Shown: positions 46,601 to 58,454 of the stretch, piece by piece
How the letters are laid out: each line of letters begins with the position of its first letter
Numbering within the stretch: position 1 is the stretch's first letter
From: Marsupella aquatica
Lineage: Eukaryota > Plantae > Marchantiophyta
Assembly (NCBI GenBank): GCA_973895155.1
Contig: OZ316898.1
Coordinates: 16,289,420-16,353,419, forward strand
Length of the DNA: 64,000 nucleotides
Reading direction: 5' to 3'
Program-made: the position numbers and the translations under genes
The notes under the pieces: model-generated
Databases searched by the model: none
Told to the model about the DNA's origin: nothing
Seen by the model: only the letters and a program-made list of their open reading frames with translations

Positions 46601-49600
46601 TGTTCCTCAGTGGACGCCCCCAACGCTTCCACCTCAGCCACTGCCGTAGGTTCGTTCTCTGATAGATTACCTACCCTTGACTGAGTCAACTCTCCATCGG
46701 CCTGACTGGGTCCACCCCCGGCAACGGCATCGGCTTCAACATCAGCCTTGGCTACGGCCTCAGCCACGGCTATGGCCTCCCCTACACACTCAAGTGGCAG
46801 ATTGGGTACCTCGGCTTCATTATCGAGTATCCTGGCCTCGGCTTTGTCATCCCCTTCTTCTAGGGTAGTTGGATCCTTTGTCGTAACCCTGCCTGAGGTC
46901 GGTGCTGGGTTTACCTCCTTGGTCACCACGGCCTGTGGAGCCGTATTACTCCTTGACCCTGAAGGTTTCCGCTTCTTCTTCTTTTCTGGTTCGGCAATTG
47001 GCCCCTTCCCCTTCCCACTTACTTCCGGCACTAGTGCAAATGGTGCGGCTTGTCCTTCGGCCAGTACCACTCCTGGTAATCCAATTATCAGACTGTGCGG
47101 TATCCAATTGGCCCTGCATGATATTTAGCTCATGCCGCTTAATCCGCAGCTCATCTTGGGCTTTCTTGGCCGCCCTTAGGTCTTTGATTTCGGCTTCCCT
47201 TGCCCTGAGCCGACGGATGACCTCGTTCTTCTTGCTTCTTTCCAAAGCCATCGCTTCTTCTAATTGGCGCTTCTCCAACATCTCCCTTTGAAAAAAGGGT
47301 CCTTGCTCCAACTCTTCCCCAAAGATGCTGAGCGCCAGCTCTCCACACATTTCCCTGTACTCCATGGCTCTATTTTTAGCATAGGTGGAGGAAGTAGAAG
47401 TCATCGGCATCATCCACCGCGGCCGGTGCTCCCAAGCCGCCTTGCGGATCTCTTCTATTGTGGCTGGAGGGATGCTTCGTTTTTTTGCAAGCCGCCTGAT
47501 GTCCTCTGGCCATTCTCCTCCTGGTAAATCCTTTTCCCTGGCCAGGGCTGCCTCCTCTTCCTCCCTGATTCGCTCCTGAAATTCCTGCGCCGTTTGTTTT
47601 ATGCCGTCAAAGCTCGGGGGAGCGACATCTGGTGGGGGAGACTCGGGGCTGCTCTGCTGGCTCGGGTCTCCTCGAATTACTCTTGGGAGCGTGGGGATGA
47701 ACCGGCCACAGGTCCTTACTCCTGGAACATGATGATCTGACCTGTAGCCGGAGTCATCATTGCTGTAGTCCTCTACCGCCTCCTCCTCGGCTTGGACTAC
47801 CGGCTTCTCCCGCTGTTCTCCTGGTTTTGTTGTGAACACGGCTTCACCTCTCACCGGTCTTGGTTCCTCCTCCGGCTTCCGTGTTGATCTCTTGTTCTCC
47901 TTGTCGTGGCCGGGAGCTACGGCCTACTTCTCCTCGGCTTCAGGACTTGAGGCTCCGACATACATCCGGACTCCCGGCTCGTGTTCCGGCCTCCTTCTCT
48001 CCTTTACCCCAATAAAGGGGTTTTCCCTTGTAAGCCGGCTTAGGCCCACCTCTGGAGCAGTGTCCTGCATTGGTGCCGTTGTCGTTGCCGTTGCCGTTCT
48101 CTTTTCCTTCTCCAGCAATTTCAGCAGATTCTGCATGCCTGGTTGCTGCATCAGCAAGTCCTCCGTCCTTGGCCTAAACACCTGCTCGATTGTAGGACTG
48201 TCGGGCGGGTTGGGTTTCTCCGTTGCCGGCCTCTACTCCGGGACCTCCTCCGGTGCTCTTGCCGATAGAGGAAGTACTGGGGCAAAGATTTGACTTCTGG
48301 CATACCGGCACAACAGCGGCATGTGATAGCCAAGCCGGGACACGCTTCCCACGCCGATCACCTGCTGTTCCTCCTTCAAGATCTTCTTCAGTTGGTTGAG
48401 GAGACCCGTTGTAATCCCGGCTTGGGTCTGGCCTTTCTGCCAGGTAGACCTGAGCCTTGCCGATCTCTGCCCTTGGCAAGTTACAGTGCATGGTTACCCG
48501 CAAGAAATTGATCATCTTTCCGATGTGCGGGTTGGTGCAGGTGTTCCGGAAGAAGCCATTCTTTGTTGATGGTCCTGGGAACGATCAAAACTCCTTGTCA
48601 GGTAAGGTCTTCCTGGTATCAACCTTGGTCTTATTACCCATCGGCAAGCCAAACACTTCAGCAATCACCCGGGGAGTGAGATAGAAATCCTTCCCATACA
48701 CCCTTGTGGAATTGGTCTCGGACTCCCATGATCCCACAAATTCTAACAAGTCTGAGTCCGGCACCTCCGGCTTCAGCCATGGTAATCTTACGAAGGCTTC
48801 CAAGCCGGATCCGGCCATGAAGCCTTGGTACTTCTTGGTCTGCATAGTTGTAAAGCATGCATCCTCCTCCCGTGCAAAGTGTAATTGCACTTCCTTTGGT
48901 AGGGTCGCCGTCCAGCCTTTCCAGGTGTCATCGTTTGTTGGAATGGCATTGATGGGGTCGACCTCCTCCTCCTCGGCTTCTCTCTACCTCCTGCTCTGCT
49001 GTTCTGCTGGCTTCTTTGGTGCCGCCGACCTCGTTCTTTTTGCCGGGGTGGCCTCTTCGTTGTTGTTCCCCTTCCTCTTCATCTCAGCTCCCGTGGATGT
49101 CTCTCCTAGCACGGTTGCCTTTGTCCACCCCTCCGTGCTACCCTTCAACTCCCAGTGTATGTTGTTGCAGCGTTTGATGGCTTCTCGGATGCCGATGACT
49201 CTATCTTCGCAAAACAGCAGGTCGTCTAGCTCGTTGCCAGTAGGCGTCCACAGGAATTCAGCCTTGATGAGTTCTCCTCCTAAGAAAGAAGCTTTTTGCA
49301 GCTCCCACAATCGGGCAAGCTCCTGCCATTCTCGAGCTGCTCTCTCCGATTCTTCGTCCTCGTAAGTCCCAATGTACTCAGTTGCCCGTTCGAACAGGCA
49401 TCCCCAAAAATGTGCCGCTTGATTGACGTTGCTCATACCCTTCTCGAGTTGATAGTTGGTATATGTTCCCACCTTGAGCGCTTGCCTAAGCAGTTGACAG
49501 TAGTTGGCCGCCCGTAGTCGCCTGCCTAGTTCGTGCTTGCAAATGGGCCACTACTCCTCACGAGCGGTCCTTACCCCTCTCCTCCTAAGGTTCTCCCTCC

Positions 49601-51529
49601 CGTTGGTTACCCCTAGCCGCCGGCACTTAGCGTGCCCTAACCCTAATCATATTCTCTCCCCTGGCGTCCTTACTTCCGGCCTCGGCTTGGGTTCCATAGT
49701 CACCCTTAATTGTTTATATTTTCCTTATTTATGTAACTATACTAAGGTGTTTCTAGGGTACACTTCCCTTTTCCCCTTAAACTAGCCCAGTGATTCCTGG
49801 CTAGGCATCACAGTACTGTTCCACCTGTATGATCGTGCAGAGGGAGATCTCGGATCGTGGCTCAATCATGTGTAGGGTAGTCCGTATGAAGTTAAGCCGC
49901 TCCATGCAGATTAAGTTGGTGCACGACCCCTGCTTGTATCTGTTGTCCATCTTACCTTCAGGTTTGAAGTGCCAAGGTGTATACTCCTTATCCCAAATTT
50001 GGAGTTCAACCGGCACCGGCCCGGTTGGCAGGCAGAAGATCTGTGCTAACCGATGCTCCATGAGTGATAAGGTCTGTCCTGAAACCTTGGTGGTCGATGC
50101 GTTAGTGTCAAAATTGGAGATGAACTCACAAATCTCCTTTGGCCCGGCTGCGCACGGTCTCCATAGCAAGTGAGCGAACTGCTCCAATTGATGCTCCTTG
50201 AGGTAGTCCGCGTGGTCGAGTTTCTTGATTGCGATCCAGACTACCTCGGGGACGCGGATTACCTGTAATAAGTTAGACTTGGGATTATCCGAGGGCCGTC
50301 GGGTCTAGTTGGCCGGGGGGTTCACCGAGGCAGATACAGGAGCGACGTTGGTTCGCGTTGTCAATTCGGGGGCCGGCGTTGTCCTTGCTCGCTTACGAGA
50401 ATATTGCTCGAGCTGCGGACTAACTCGCTCGGAACCCAAAGAACACTCGGTGTTGTTCATGGGATGGACTTGGGACTGGTTTGGGGGTATGCCGGTGGTC
50501 ATCGACTGAGGGGCTGGTGGTGTCGGTGTAGCCATATCCCAATTGAAGGCGTTGGAGCTTTCCCCGAGGAACGTAAGATTACGCGCCGCTTCCCGTTGTC
50601 TGCTGATGTCTTTTTGGCGCTTTTCGGCTACAATCTGCTGGTCTAGGTACCCCGGGATCTTGTCAAACTCCGCTTGAGTAAGCCGCTGGCTGCCCTTCAG
50701 CCTAAAGAACTTTGCGAGGACTTCAAGAATCGCCTCTGCTACCGATCTAAGCCCTTCCTCGCTGAGATATAGCTCGATGATGTAGTCCCACAGCTCATTG
50801 TAGCTGGAATCCCTGGTGATGGTTGTCTTCTCGCAGTTAACCTGCGCTACCTTGGCCACCAACTTTGCGTATCTTCTTTCGTAAGCAGCTTTCTCGGGAT
50901 AAGAGTACCAGTAAGTCTCAGAGAACTTAGCACCAACCTCACCAAACAAGGTCCAGAATCCCAAGGCTGTAAGGGTCATACTAACCTTTGTAGTCTGGTT
51001 CGTCGAGTCCGCGTTCCCGCCCGGTCGGTCCGCTTACTGGTGGAGGCCTTACTCGCCCTGACTAAATCTTGCCATAACCCACTCTTATCCCTCAATGATC
51101 TCCTCGTAAAGGTCAGCTTGATTCGAGCAAAAAGGCAAGAGAATGGCAGTGTCCGCAAATTCCGAAAGGTAGAAATGAGCAAATGGCCCACAGCGTCATC
51201 GACTCCGCTCTTATGGAGGTGCTAGGGTGAGCTTTGAGCATGAGTGGGCAAGGCCATTCCGGTCGTTGATGATGAGGTGAAGTTGGCGTCTCGGTCCAAG
51301 CGTGATTCTTCTAACGGATTTTACTCCACCGCCGCCATCGTACCGCGGTCGAGCGTAATAACCCTCTACCTTAATTTGTAATCATCCGATCAACTAACCT
51401 ACTCCTAATCTATTCATAATGGCAAAGACAGCTATTCATGCTATTCTAGCTACGGCTACGATCCTAATGACCGTATAAGACCTAATCTAGGACCTGCGTT
51501 CGGTTAAGTGACACGTTACCTGTGTCACA
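43634..51529 (-). mobile_element. Giant LTR, family 2 (~3.76 kb after removing the nested solo LTR), with a decayed homologous accessory ORF
   Basis: Minus strand TGTGACAC (51529)...GGCCACA (43634). In-frame ORF pieces 50979-50305, 50304-49813, 45675-45439 and 45132-44527 are homologous to the family-1 LTR ORF. Flanks GGGAT / GAAGG are not a TSD. Confidence 0.72.
45681..49812 (-). mobile_element. Solo giant LTR, family 1 (4132 bp), with TSD GTACT and a ~600-bp internal deletion
   Basis: Same termini as 7548-12207; GTACT at 45676-45680 and 49813-49817; decayed ORF pieces 49472-46585; deletion junction at ~47078. Confidence 0.96.
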
Positions 51530-52338
51530 GAAGGACCAATACTTTTGAGCGATGTGTTTTGCTAAGACTCTCACTATAGGTGCTAGGTAGTTCCTAGACC
51601 ACACATAAAAGTTATGAAGTCAAGTGGGGTCTTAACCTAGGAGTTCTGAGTAATTTGGCAAAACTTAAAATAACCAACTAGCGGGTCCTGGAGAAAATGG
51701 CTAAGGGTAATTTTGTATTTTTGAGTTTAGAATTGAGTTTAGTATAGCCCATAATATCCCTCGAATATCTTAGAAGTACTTGGTCACCTTTTCTTACTTT
51801 TTGGGAGCATCTCAAAGTTAAGGAAAAGTAGTGCACATTATAGATATGGGCAAACTTAGGTCACTTTTAGAAAAGTCATTGTGAAATATTTAACAAGTTG
51901 GATAAATTGATGAGGGAGTACTATGTCCAAGGATTCCAGGGATATATTCAGAAGTCCCCTTCAGCCAAGTGTCGCAAAGTTGATTAAACCCTCACAAGGT
52001 AAGACCCACTCATTCCTTTTCTTATAAGCTCTTATTGGGCAAACATCGCTCTCTGCGTACACCTTGCCAGCAAGGCAAGACCCATGATACTGTTCGACTA
52101 CCACAGACAGTCCCAAGCGGCCAAGTGGTGCTTCTGAATTTCTGTTGTTGAGTTGCGCCTTCCCAGATGCCGTAGTCACTACTGCTCCTTAGCGTGCACC
52201 TACATAGGTGCTGACCCAATGAAGAGAGGGATCGAGCCTTGGTACTGTACTCCTACACAGTCTGAGCTCGGGTGCCTATTCTTCATTTCCTGTTGAATGT
52301 TCCATTTTTTTAGCGGATTGCTGCTCTGCCCTTTTGCC

Positions 52339-52430
52339 ATGGGTCGCCGGTCTGCTGGTTGCTATCAGCAGATTAAGAACAAGTCATATCCTAAGTCCCG
52401 GTGTTGCAGTGGTGTCCCCGACCCTAAGAT
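52339..52430 (+). pseudogene. RPL10: 60S ribosomal protein L10 (uL16) N-terminal fragment
   Basis: Translates [30 protein letters not shown] versus the conserved [30 protein letters not shown]; similarity stops abruptly. Confidence 0.9.
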
Positions 52431-52744
52431 GCCACCCGAAATCATCTTTCTTGTTTCCTGCTGCTACTGATGTATGTATGTTCTCCCGTATTTTTGCTTA
52501 CTGATTGGTCTCTCCACACTTCTTGCTTGACATGACTGTTTTGCTCCTCCCTGTATCAGAACATGCCTTGTGCCCCGTGCTCTGGCGGTGGGGTGGGGGG
52601 GGTGAACAGACGACCTTAAGGTCCACTAAATTTATAGGAACCGTGCAATAGTTCAGCTGATTTTAGCAGCAAGTTCCCTTGCTTTCCCCTGTTTTTGCTA
52701 AGATCCCTCCCCACTAATCACATGCATCCTTTACTTTTCTCGGT

Positions 52745-53015
52745 GGCCTAGAGAAGGCCGGTTGCATATCTCATGACCCAATGAAGGATCTGTCTAGTAT
52801 ATGAAGAGAATAAGGAGAGGCCTAGAGTAGGCCGGTTGCATATCTCATGACCCAATGAAGGATCTGTCTAGTATATGTGGTTCAAAAGTTAGTAAAGAGC
52901 TTTAGCAACGTCCCATGCCAATAATCCGCAGGCGGCCTTGGCAAGAGCGAAACCGATGGGAATCGGCTTGTTCAGGGCGGGTTCTTGGGTTTAGAGAGCC
53001 ATGGGATGTACCACA
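52745..53015 (+). mobile_element. Diverged 3'-end fragment of a family-1-related LTR (opposite orientation) with an internal ~70-bp duplication
   Basis: ...CATATCTCATGACCCAATGAAGGATCTGTCTAGTATATG...GGGTTTAGAGAGCCATGGGATGTACCACA matches the reverse complement of 7548-7740. Confidence 0.85.
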
Positions 53016-53553
53016 ACTTGGAACACTGCGTTAAATGCAATTCCAATAGGAAACCATAGTCCATTTCAACAACGATAGGAGACACATTCCATAGTATATG
53101 CATCACAAATTTCCAACCCGTCTTCAACCAATCAAATATAAGTGTTTGATTGCTAGGACATTGGAAAATGCTATCAATTATATGTTTGCTACAAAAACAC
53201 ACTTCCGTTTAGTATTGAATTGCTCACCAAAGATATCCAATTGAACGTGAATGGCAATGTGCAATCCATGCCAAATCGCAACTTGCAATTACAAATTGAT
53301 TGGAAAACAACTCATGCTTATCTTTGTGAAAGGGTCTCCAATTCATTGTGAATGGGATAACAATTGGACTAATTTGTCCATTTCCACTCAACAAAGAATG
53401 AAATTCCAATAGATTGTGAATTGAAAAGCTTTTTCCAGTTGTGGTTAAGTTGGAGCTTATGTTTCTGATAGTAGACTTGACATTGTTTGATTTGCGTGAG
53501 ATCGGAAAGTAAACTCGCCAATGCGTTTAGAATGGTGGGGTATGGCATGCGCG

Positions 53554-53824
53554 TGACAGTAGACCGGAAACAGGTTTACTAGTACCAGCAAAAATTTTCT
53601 GCTTCCAAGAAAAATGACAATATCAAAATATTTCCTAAAAAGTCACATTTTCAAAAAAAATTAAATTATAACATTTTTGGCTAGCTTTGGGCGCTAGCAT
53701 TACCAGAGCCAAAAACAAAGACTTTTTTTCCCAAAAACAAAATTCCAGAAACATTTTCAAAAAAAATTCAAAACAAATTACCACTCATTTTCCTGTTACC
53801 AGTTTGTGTTTCTTGTTACTGTCT
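53554..53824. repeat. Degenerate inverted repeat, MITE-like
   Basis: GACAGTAGACCGGAAACAGGTTTACTAGTACCAGCAAAA resembles the reverse complement of TTTTCCTGTTACCAGTTTGTGTTTCTTGTTACTGTC; AT-rich core. Confidence 0.3.
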
Positions 53825-53999
53825 GCTCTTTCCTATCGTTTGTAAATACCCCAAATGGAATTGGAAAGTTTTGCATTGACAGAAAGTGAAAATTGGACTA
53901 GGCCCCAAAATGTACTAGTGGTTTATTCTGGAAGGTGGAATAGTTTGTCACTATTGATTTGAGCGTCCCATGTGTGTTGAAGCATGCCCAACAATGATG

Positions 54000-54900
54000 T
54001 TTTACATGTATCCGCCCGCTAAAGTCAATCCAACTGCTTTGGCACACATGTCCCGCCATGCAGTTCATATGGGGTTTCACCATCCTAGTCAAAGGGTGTG
54101 GTCCCGGGATTGAGGCCAAGAAAGTGGCAAAGAGACTTGGACAAGGGATTCCAGATGAACCCTACACTGACTCCTGTAGGTGTCAAGAATTTTGTAACAA
54201 GGACCTTAGATAAGGGGTTTTGCGATTCATCCATTGAAGAAATTTATGGAGAAAAAGCAAAGGAGATATTTGAATCACTCCAGGTTGTTGCAACCCCTCA
54301 GAAATTTGCTTCTATTTTGCAGTGTTTGTAAAAGATCAGAAGCCAAGGAAAAGGGGAATTAGAGTCCATCTCCAAGATGCAAAAGAACATCAGACTGCCC
54401 TTCCTTCAAAGGTACTTACATTTTGGCGGGCTTTTTGGCCAAGGTTTTGCGGCTGACAGTGCAACATTTTCAAAATGAAGGTGAACATTTTCAAAATGAC
54501 GGTGGTGAAGGGGGACGGGTCTACAGGATATTACAATTGGAGGATTCATGGCTATCAATGCACAAGTGGGATGAATCACGGTGCAAAATGTCTTCTTCAA
54601 TGGACTCCACGACCCTCAACAGGAGACCTACACAGTCTTCCAATTTTCATAGTCATTTCACAACATTCACGTGAGGGGGTGGAAGATGGAAAACATGAAG
54701 AGCACTGGAATGTGTGGGACCATATGAGGAACTCAAATATGTTTTTAGAGGCATATCGAGTGGCAAGGATGATTGACAATCGATCGGTGGAGGCCCAAAT
54801 TTTTCCATTATGGCAAGCTCAAAATGCTCCAAGGATGGCGCTCGTGGTGGGTTGTCATTGGAGGCAATGGGAAAATTTGATTTTCCTGGTGAGTTTTCTG
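54000..54900 (+). pseudogene. Degenerate DNA-transposase-like remnant (possibly MULE-type)
   Basis: Broken frames KVNIFKM... and GGFMAINAQVG*ITVQNVF resemble the GFMAD-containing core of MULE-type transposases; identified from memory only. Confidence 0.3.
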
Positions 54901-54916
54901 TATTTCACACAAATAA

Positions 54917-55204
54917 TAGGATGGCATCTCAAATCTTGGTGAAAGATTTGTATGCATTGTTTGGTCTGCCCCCTCAGCAACTTGGAAGATATATCTTTGC
55001 GGTGGATAGGGAAAGGAGAATAGGTTTGGAAAATCTTTCAGGGCTCTCTAGGTCCATAGTTTCTTTGAGGACATAGTTGTCCTCTTCTGAGCAATCTCTT
55101 TTGGTTGCTCTTTTCTTTGATTGCATTGTACTTTACTTTTTGTGGCAGCTCCTTTGACTTTCATGGTCCCGGAGCTTATAATACATTACCATTACCATTA
55201 CCAT
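54917..55204 (+). mobile_element. 5'-truncated 3' stub (~290 bp) of the RTE/RTEX-like LINE
   Basis: Reverse complement of ~41115-41401 with about one mismatch; ends in (ATTACC)3. Confidence 0.93.
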
Positions 55205-55346
55205 ATAGAGTCCGACGCTAGCAATAGAAACGCGGAATTAAATCAAGTATTAAACCAAAAAGCGATATGATTCATCAACTACCGTTCATGCAACCCAACC
55301 ACATTTATTTGCGAGAAAATATGTGCCAGTGTCATTGAATAGCATC

Positions 55347-55465
55347 ACCGGCTAGATTGCTTTCACGACGACCTTCGTGGCTCTGCTGCTACCCGAGACC
55401 AAAAATGTCCGGCTCCAGGAGATGGTATTCATCTGGCAAAGGCGTTGATTTGGAGAAGCTATGTA
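55347..55465 (+). pseudogene. Sugar transport protein (STP/MST hexose transporter) C-terminal fragment
   Basis: Reads TG*IAFTTTFVALLLPETKNVRLQEMVFIWQRR*F/WRSY: last TM helix, PETK motif and the EEM..VW..HWFW tail, with both W codons turned to stops. Confidence 0.75.
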
Positions 55466-58317
55466 TGTTGTGATGACAACAAAGCATGTTATATAAAACC
55501 ATGTGAAATAGAGTGCCACAGCTTCAAGGAGCAGCCAAGGTCACCCCAAAGTCCTCTAAGCCCATGAGCTTCCAACCTACCAACGGAAAATCCTACCTTC
55601 TGTATATATAAACTATATGTCTTGAGTTCACAAATGAGCAGATATTGGAGACTGTTCCCTGTTAGCTCTACCGTCCTGTTTGTAGGCACCTTCACAGAAA
55701 TGTTTAGACGAGAGCCCTATTGTAGGGAAGGGAGCCCCATGAATCTCTATATTTTCGTGAGTCGCATTGTTCAGATGAAGAATTTCAATTGCAAACTAAG
55801 ATGAATTCTACCTAGATAAGTAGGTTGGGAACAAAGATTTTAACATTTGATTTCTCGGAGAAAAGTCTCTACGTAATAAGCAAGGAGTAAATTGAGATTA
55901 TAGAGTCTTGTCTCGTTTGTCGTGAAGACTTATCGACGGCTCATGATAAACCCTTGGGAAAATGAGCCCAAAAGCAACAGACCTCAAAGTCATCTACAAG
56001 GGTTGGCCCACCCGAGACCGTCTGTTTCCAGTAGGAAGTTTTATTGATAAAAAACACTCTTCCAGGCTTGTACAACATAAGCAGGATTGTATGGTAATGT
56101 ATCGCTCGGGGACTGTAAAAGTCAAAGGAGCCGCAAGAAAAAGAAAGTAAAATGCAAAGAAATGAGGAATCAAAAGAAATTGCTCAAAAGAGTATGTTAC
56201 TCTCACCTTAAAATCGCTTCAAGATTTTCTCTCTGTATTTTTCTGACTTTATGGAAGGCAATGTACATCACAGGCTGGGGCAATTTGAGATTTTCCCTCT
56301 ACTTGTCTCTGGTACAAACAGTAAAATCTCAGCTTTCATGAATTTCGGGTTTGTCTACAAGTGTGACTGATGGAGAAGGAAGACCAGAAGTAATAGGAAT
56401 ATAATTTTTCCAGGTATGTACTGTAAGTGTACTAACTCGTGTATGACATTATGGACAACACGAGTCCCTCAATACTTGGGCTAAGTAAGCCCTCGTTTTA
56501 TTGGGACATTACAACCCTCATTGATTGCTATGGAATCAGGGCACTACTAATTGACAAGATTTGATTGTTAGGGTTAAGCTGTCTCACTAATTTGGTAAAC
56601 CCTTGGACCTATATGCTGCTATGTGTGAGGAAGACATTGTGTGCCCACGTTTCTGACAAGCTGGAAAATATTGAATAGTCTACGAGGCTCAGAAGTTGCT
56701 GCCATTGTCTTGAGCATCCCTTCATGATGTCCATGGAAGAAAGTGTGTGTTTGTACGTAGTAGGAAATACTGAGAAACGATGCACCCCCTCCCCACTGGT
56801 TCCAACTCCAGAACTGCAATAACCCTAAATGACTTAGATCTAATATTTTTCTTATATTTGTGGCTTTTTGGCATCATTCCCAAAGACAATTTCATGGCCT
56901 CTGTGTTGTGAATCTTGCGAGCGAGAGTGTTCCAAGATTTCAAAATTCAATGACGAGATTACTTAAGTTTCATTATTCGATTCCAGATCTCTGCTCGGAA
57001 TTGCGGGTTAACTAAGGCCGATCTTCTTCTTCGGGTAGATTAGCCATTGAAATCTCACCTTGAATTCAACGTAATCTGAAATTTCAATGTTCGGTGTGGG
57101 GATTACGGTTCTATTCTTTCGTTTTGAATTTCCTACTCAGCGTTTGGATCAGTTACAAGAGCCTGAGGATAAAAGCCCCAATATACAGCATGGCATTGGG
57201 CCATTGAAAGAGCTTAAAAATTCATATCAGAGCTTCCAGAAATTTGAACAATGAATGCAATGCTATTGATAAAGCCCTCTTTTTCAGAATTGCATATTAC
57301 CAAGAAACTTTCATTATCGTTAAAATTCGTATATTTGGCAACCAGCAAGCGCAAAAAATGTGCTGTCGTCATTGTTGGTGCGATTGCTCTGTCTTGTTTC
57401 CCATAGCCGCTGCTGCTGCAACTGCTACCGCTGTTGCAGCTGCTCCGACCTTCACACTTCCTGCAGCTTTGCACATTGCCGCTGCTTTGCCCACAGCAGC
57501 AAGTGTGGCAGCAACTGCTGCCCTGAAAACTACAGTTGGTTTGTAATCCATGTGCGTTTGTGTTTTCTCCTTTGGTGGCCTTGGAATGTAGACACCCAAC
57601 AAAGATATTTTCTCCTTACATTTTTCTTTCTTACCAAGGTTCCCCAGTTTGGAGCCAACCCGAGTTAATTATACGAACTATATGGGATTTTCTCCCGGAT
57701 TTTCTGCGGCATGAATATTAGCCAATAAGGTCAGGCGCATCCTTAACGAACCTGAATACATTACAACCAAACGGGCATACTGATTGCGTCCTCCTAGCAG
57801 AGTTCTGGCATATTACCAAAGTGCTCTCATACATGCTGGATCTGTTATTCGAAAGTCAGAACAAACTATACTGGATACGTTGGAAGGAGAATGACTAGGT
57901 TAATCACGAGACGAGAGACAATGTTACATGATTGTATTACGTCTCGTTATCTTCGTAAGATGTTATTGTGTGCTTGATGAACATGTGGGTCATCTTTTGC
58001 AATAAATCATGGTTTAGTAAGGTCTATCACCAGAGATCAATTGGAGTTGAATTTTGTCAGAGAAGTCCGTTCACGGCTTCCGAACATTGAAACTTTTGCT
58101 CTGAATAGGACCAATGTCCATTATTGAGATCTCACCGATGACTTGGTTATAACACTGTTAAGGATTCAATAGAAACTTCGGCTCGATTAAGCGTCGATGA
58201 CATGTTTTTCCCCGCAGACATGTGGTCGAGTGGGAAGCAATACACTTCACTAGACATTTTACTAGACATTCGTAAAACTAGTTTTCGTAGAATTAAATTC
58301 AACGTAGACCTAAACGC

Positions 58318-58454
58318 CGTTATGTACCGTTCCAATGAAATAATGCATGATCAAAATAAGTCTCGAGTTGGCAGAAACGTTTCTGAGACATTCAATTTAA
58401 ACCTCAGCGTCGTTACGTCCCGTTCCGATGAAATTATGCATGATTAAAATAAGT
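58318..58454. repeat. Imperfect ~45-bp direct repeat, ~92-bp period
   Basis: CGTTATGTACCGTTCCAATGAAATAATGCATGATCAAAATAAGT versus CGTTACGTCCCGTTCCGATGAAATTATGCATGATTAAAATAAGT. Confidence 0.6.

Noticed and set aside
50262-50305. Intron in the family-2 LTR ORF (CTAAC...TTACAG on the minus strand)
   Set aside because: The two ORF pieces are already in frame across a single TAG, so a nonsense mutation explains it more simply.
57244-57668. Ala/Cys-rich ORFs
   Set aside because: GCT/GCA low-complexity stretch with no supportable gene structure.
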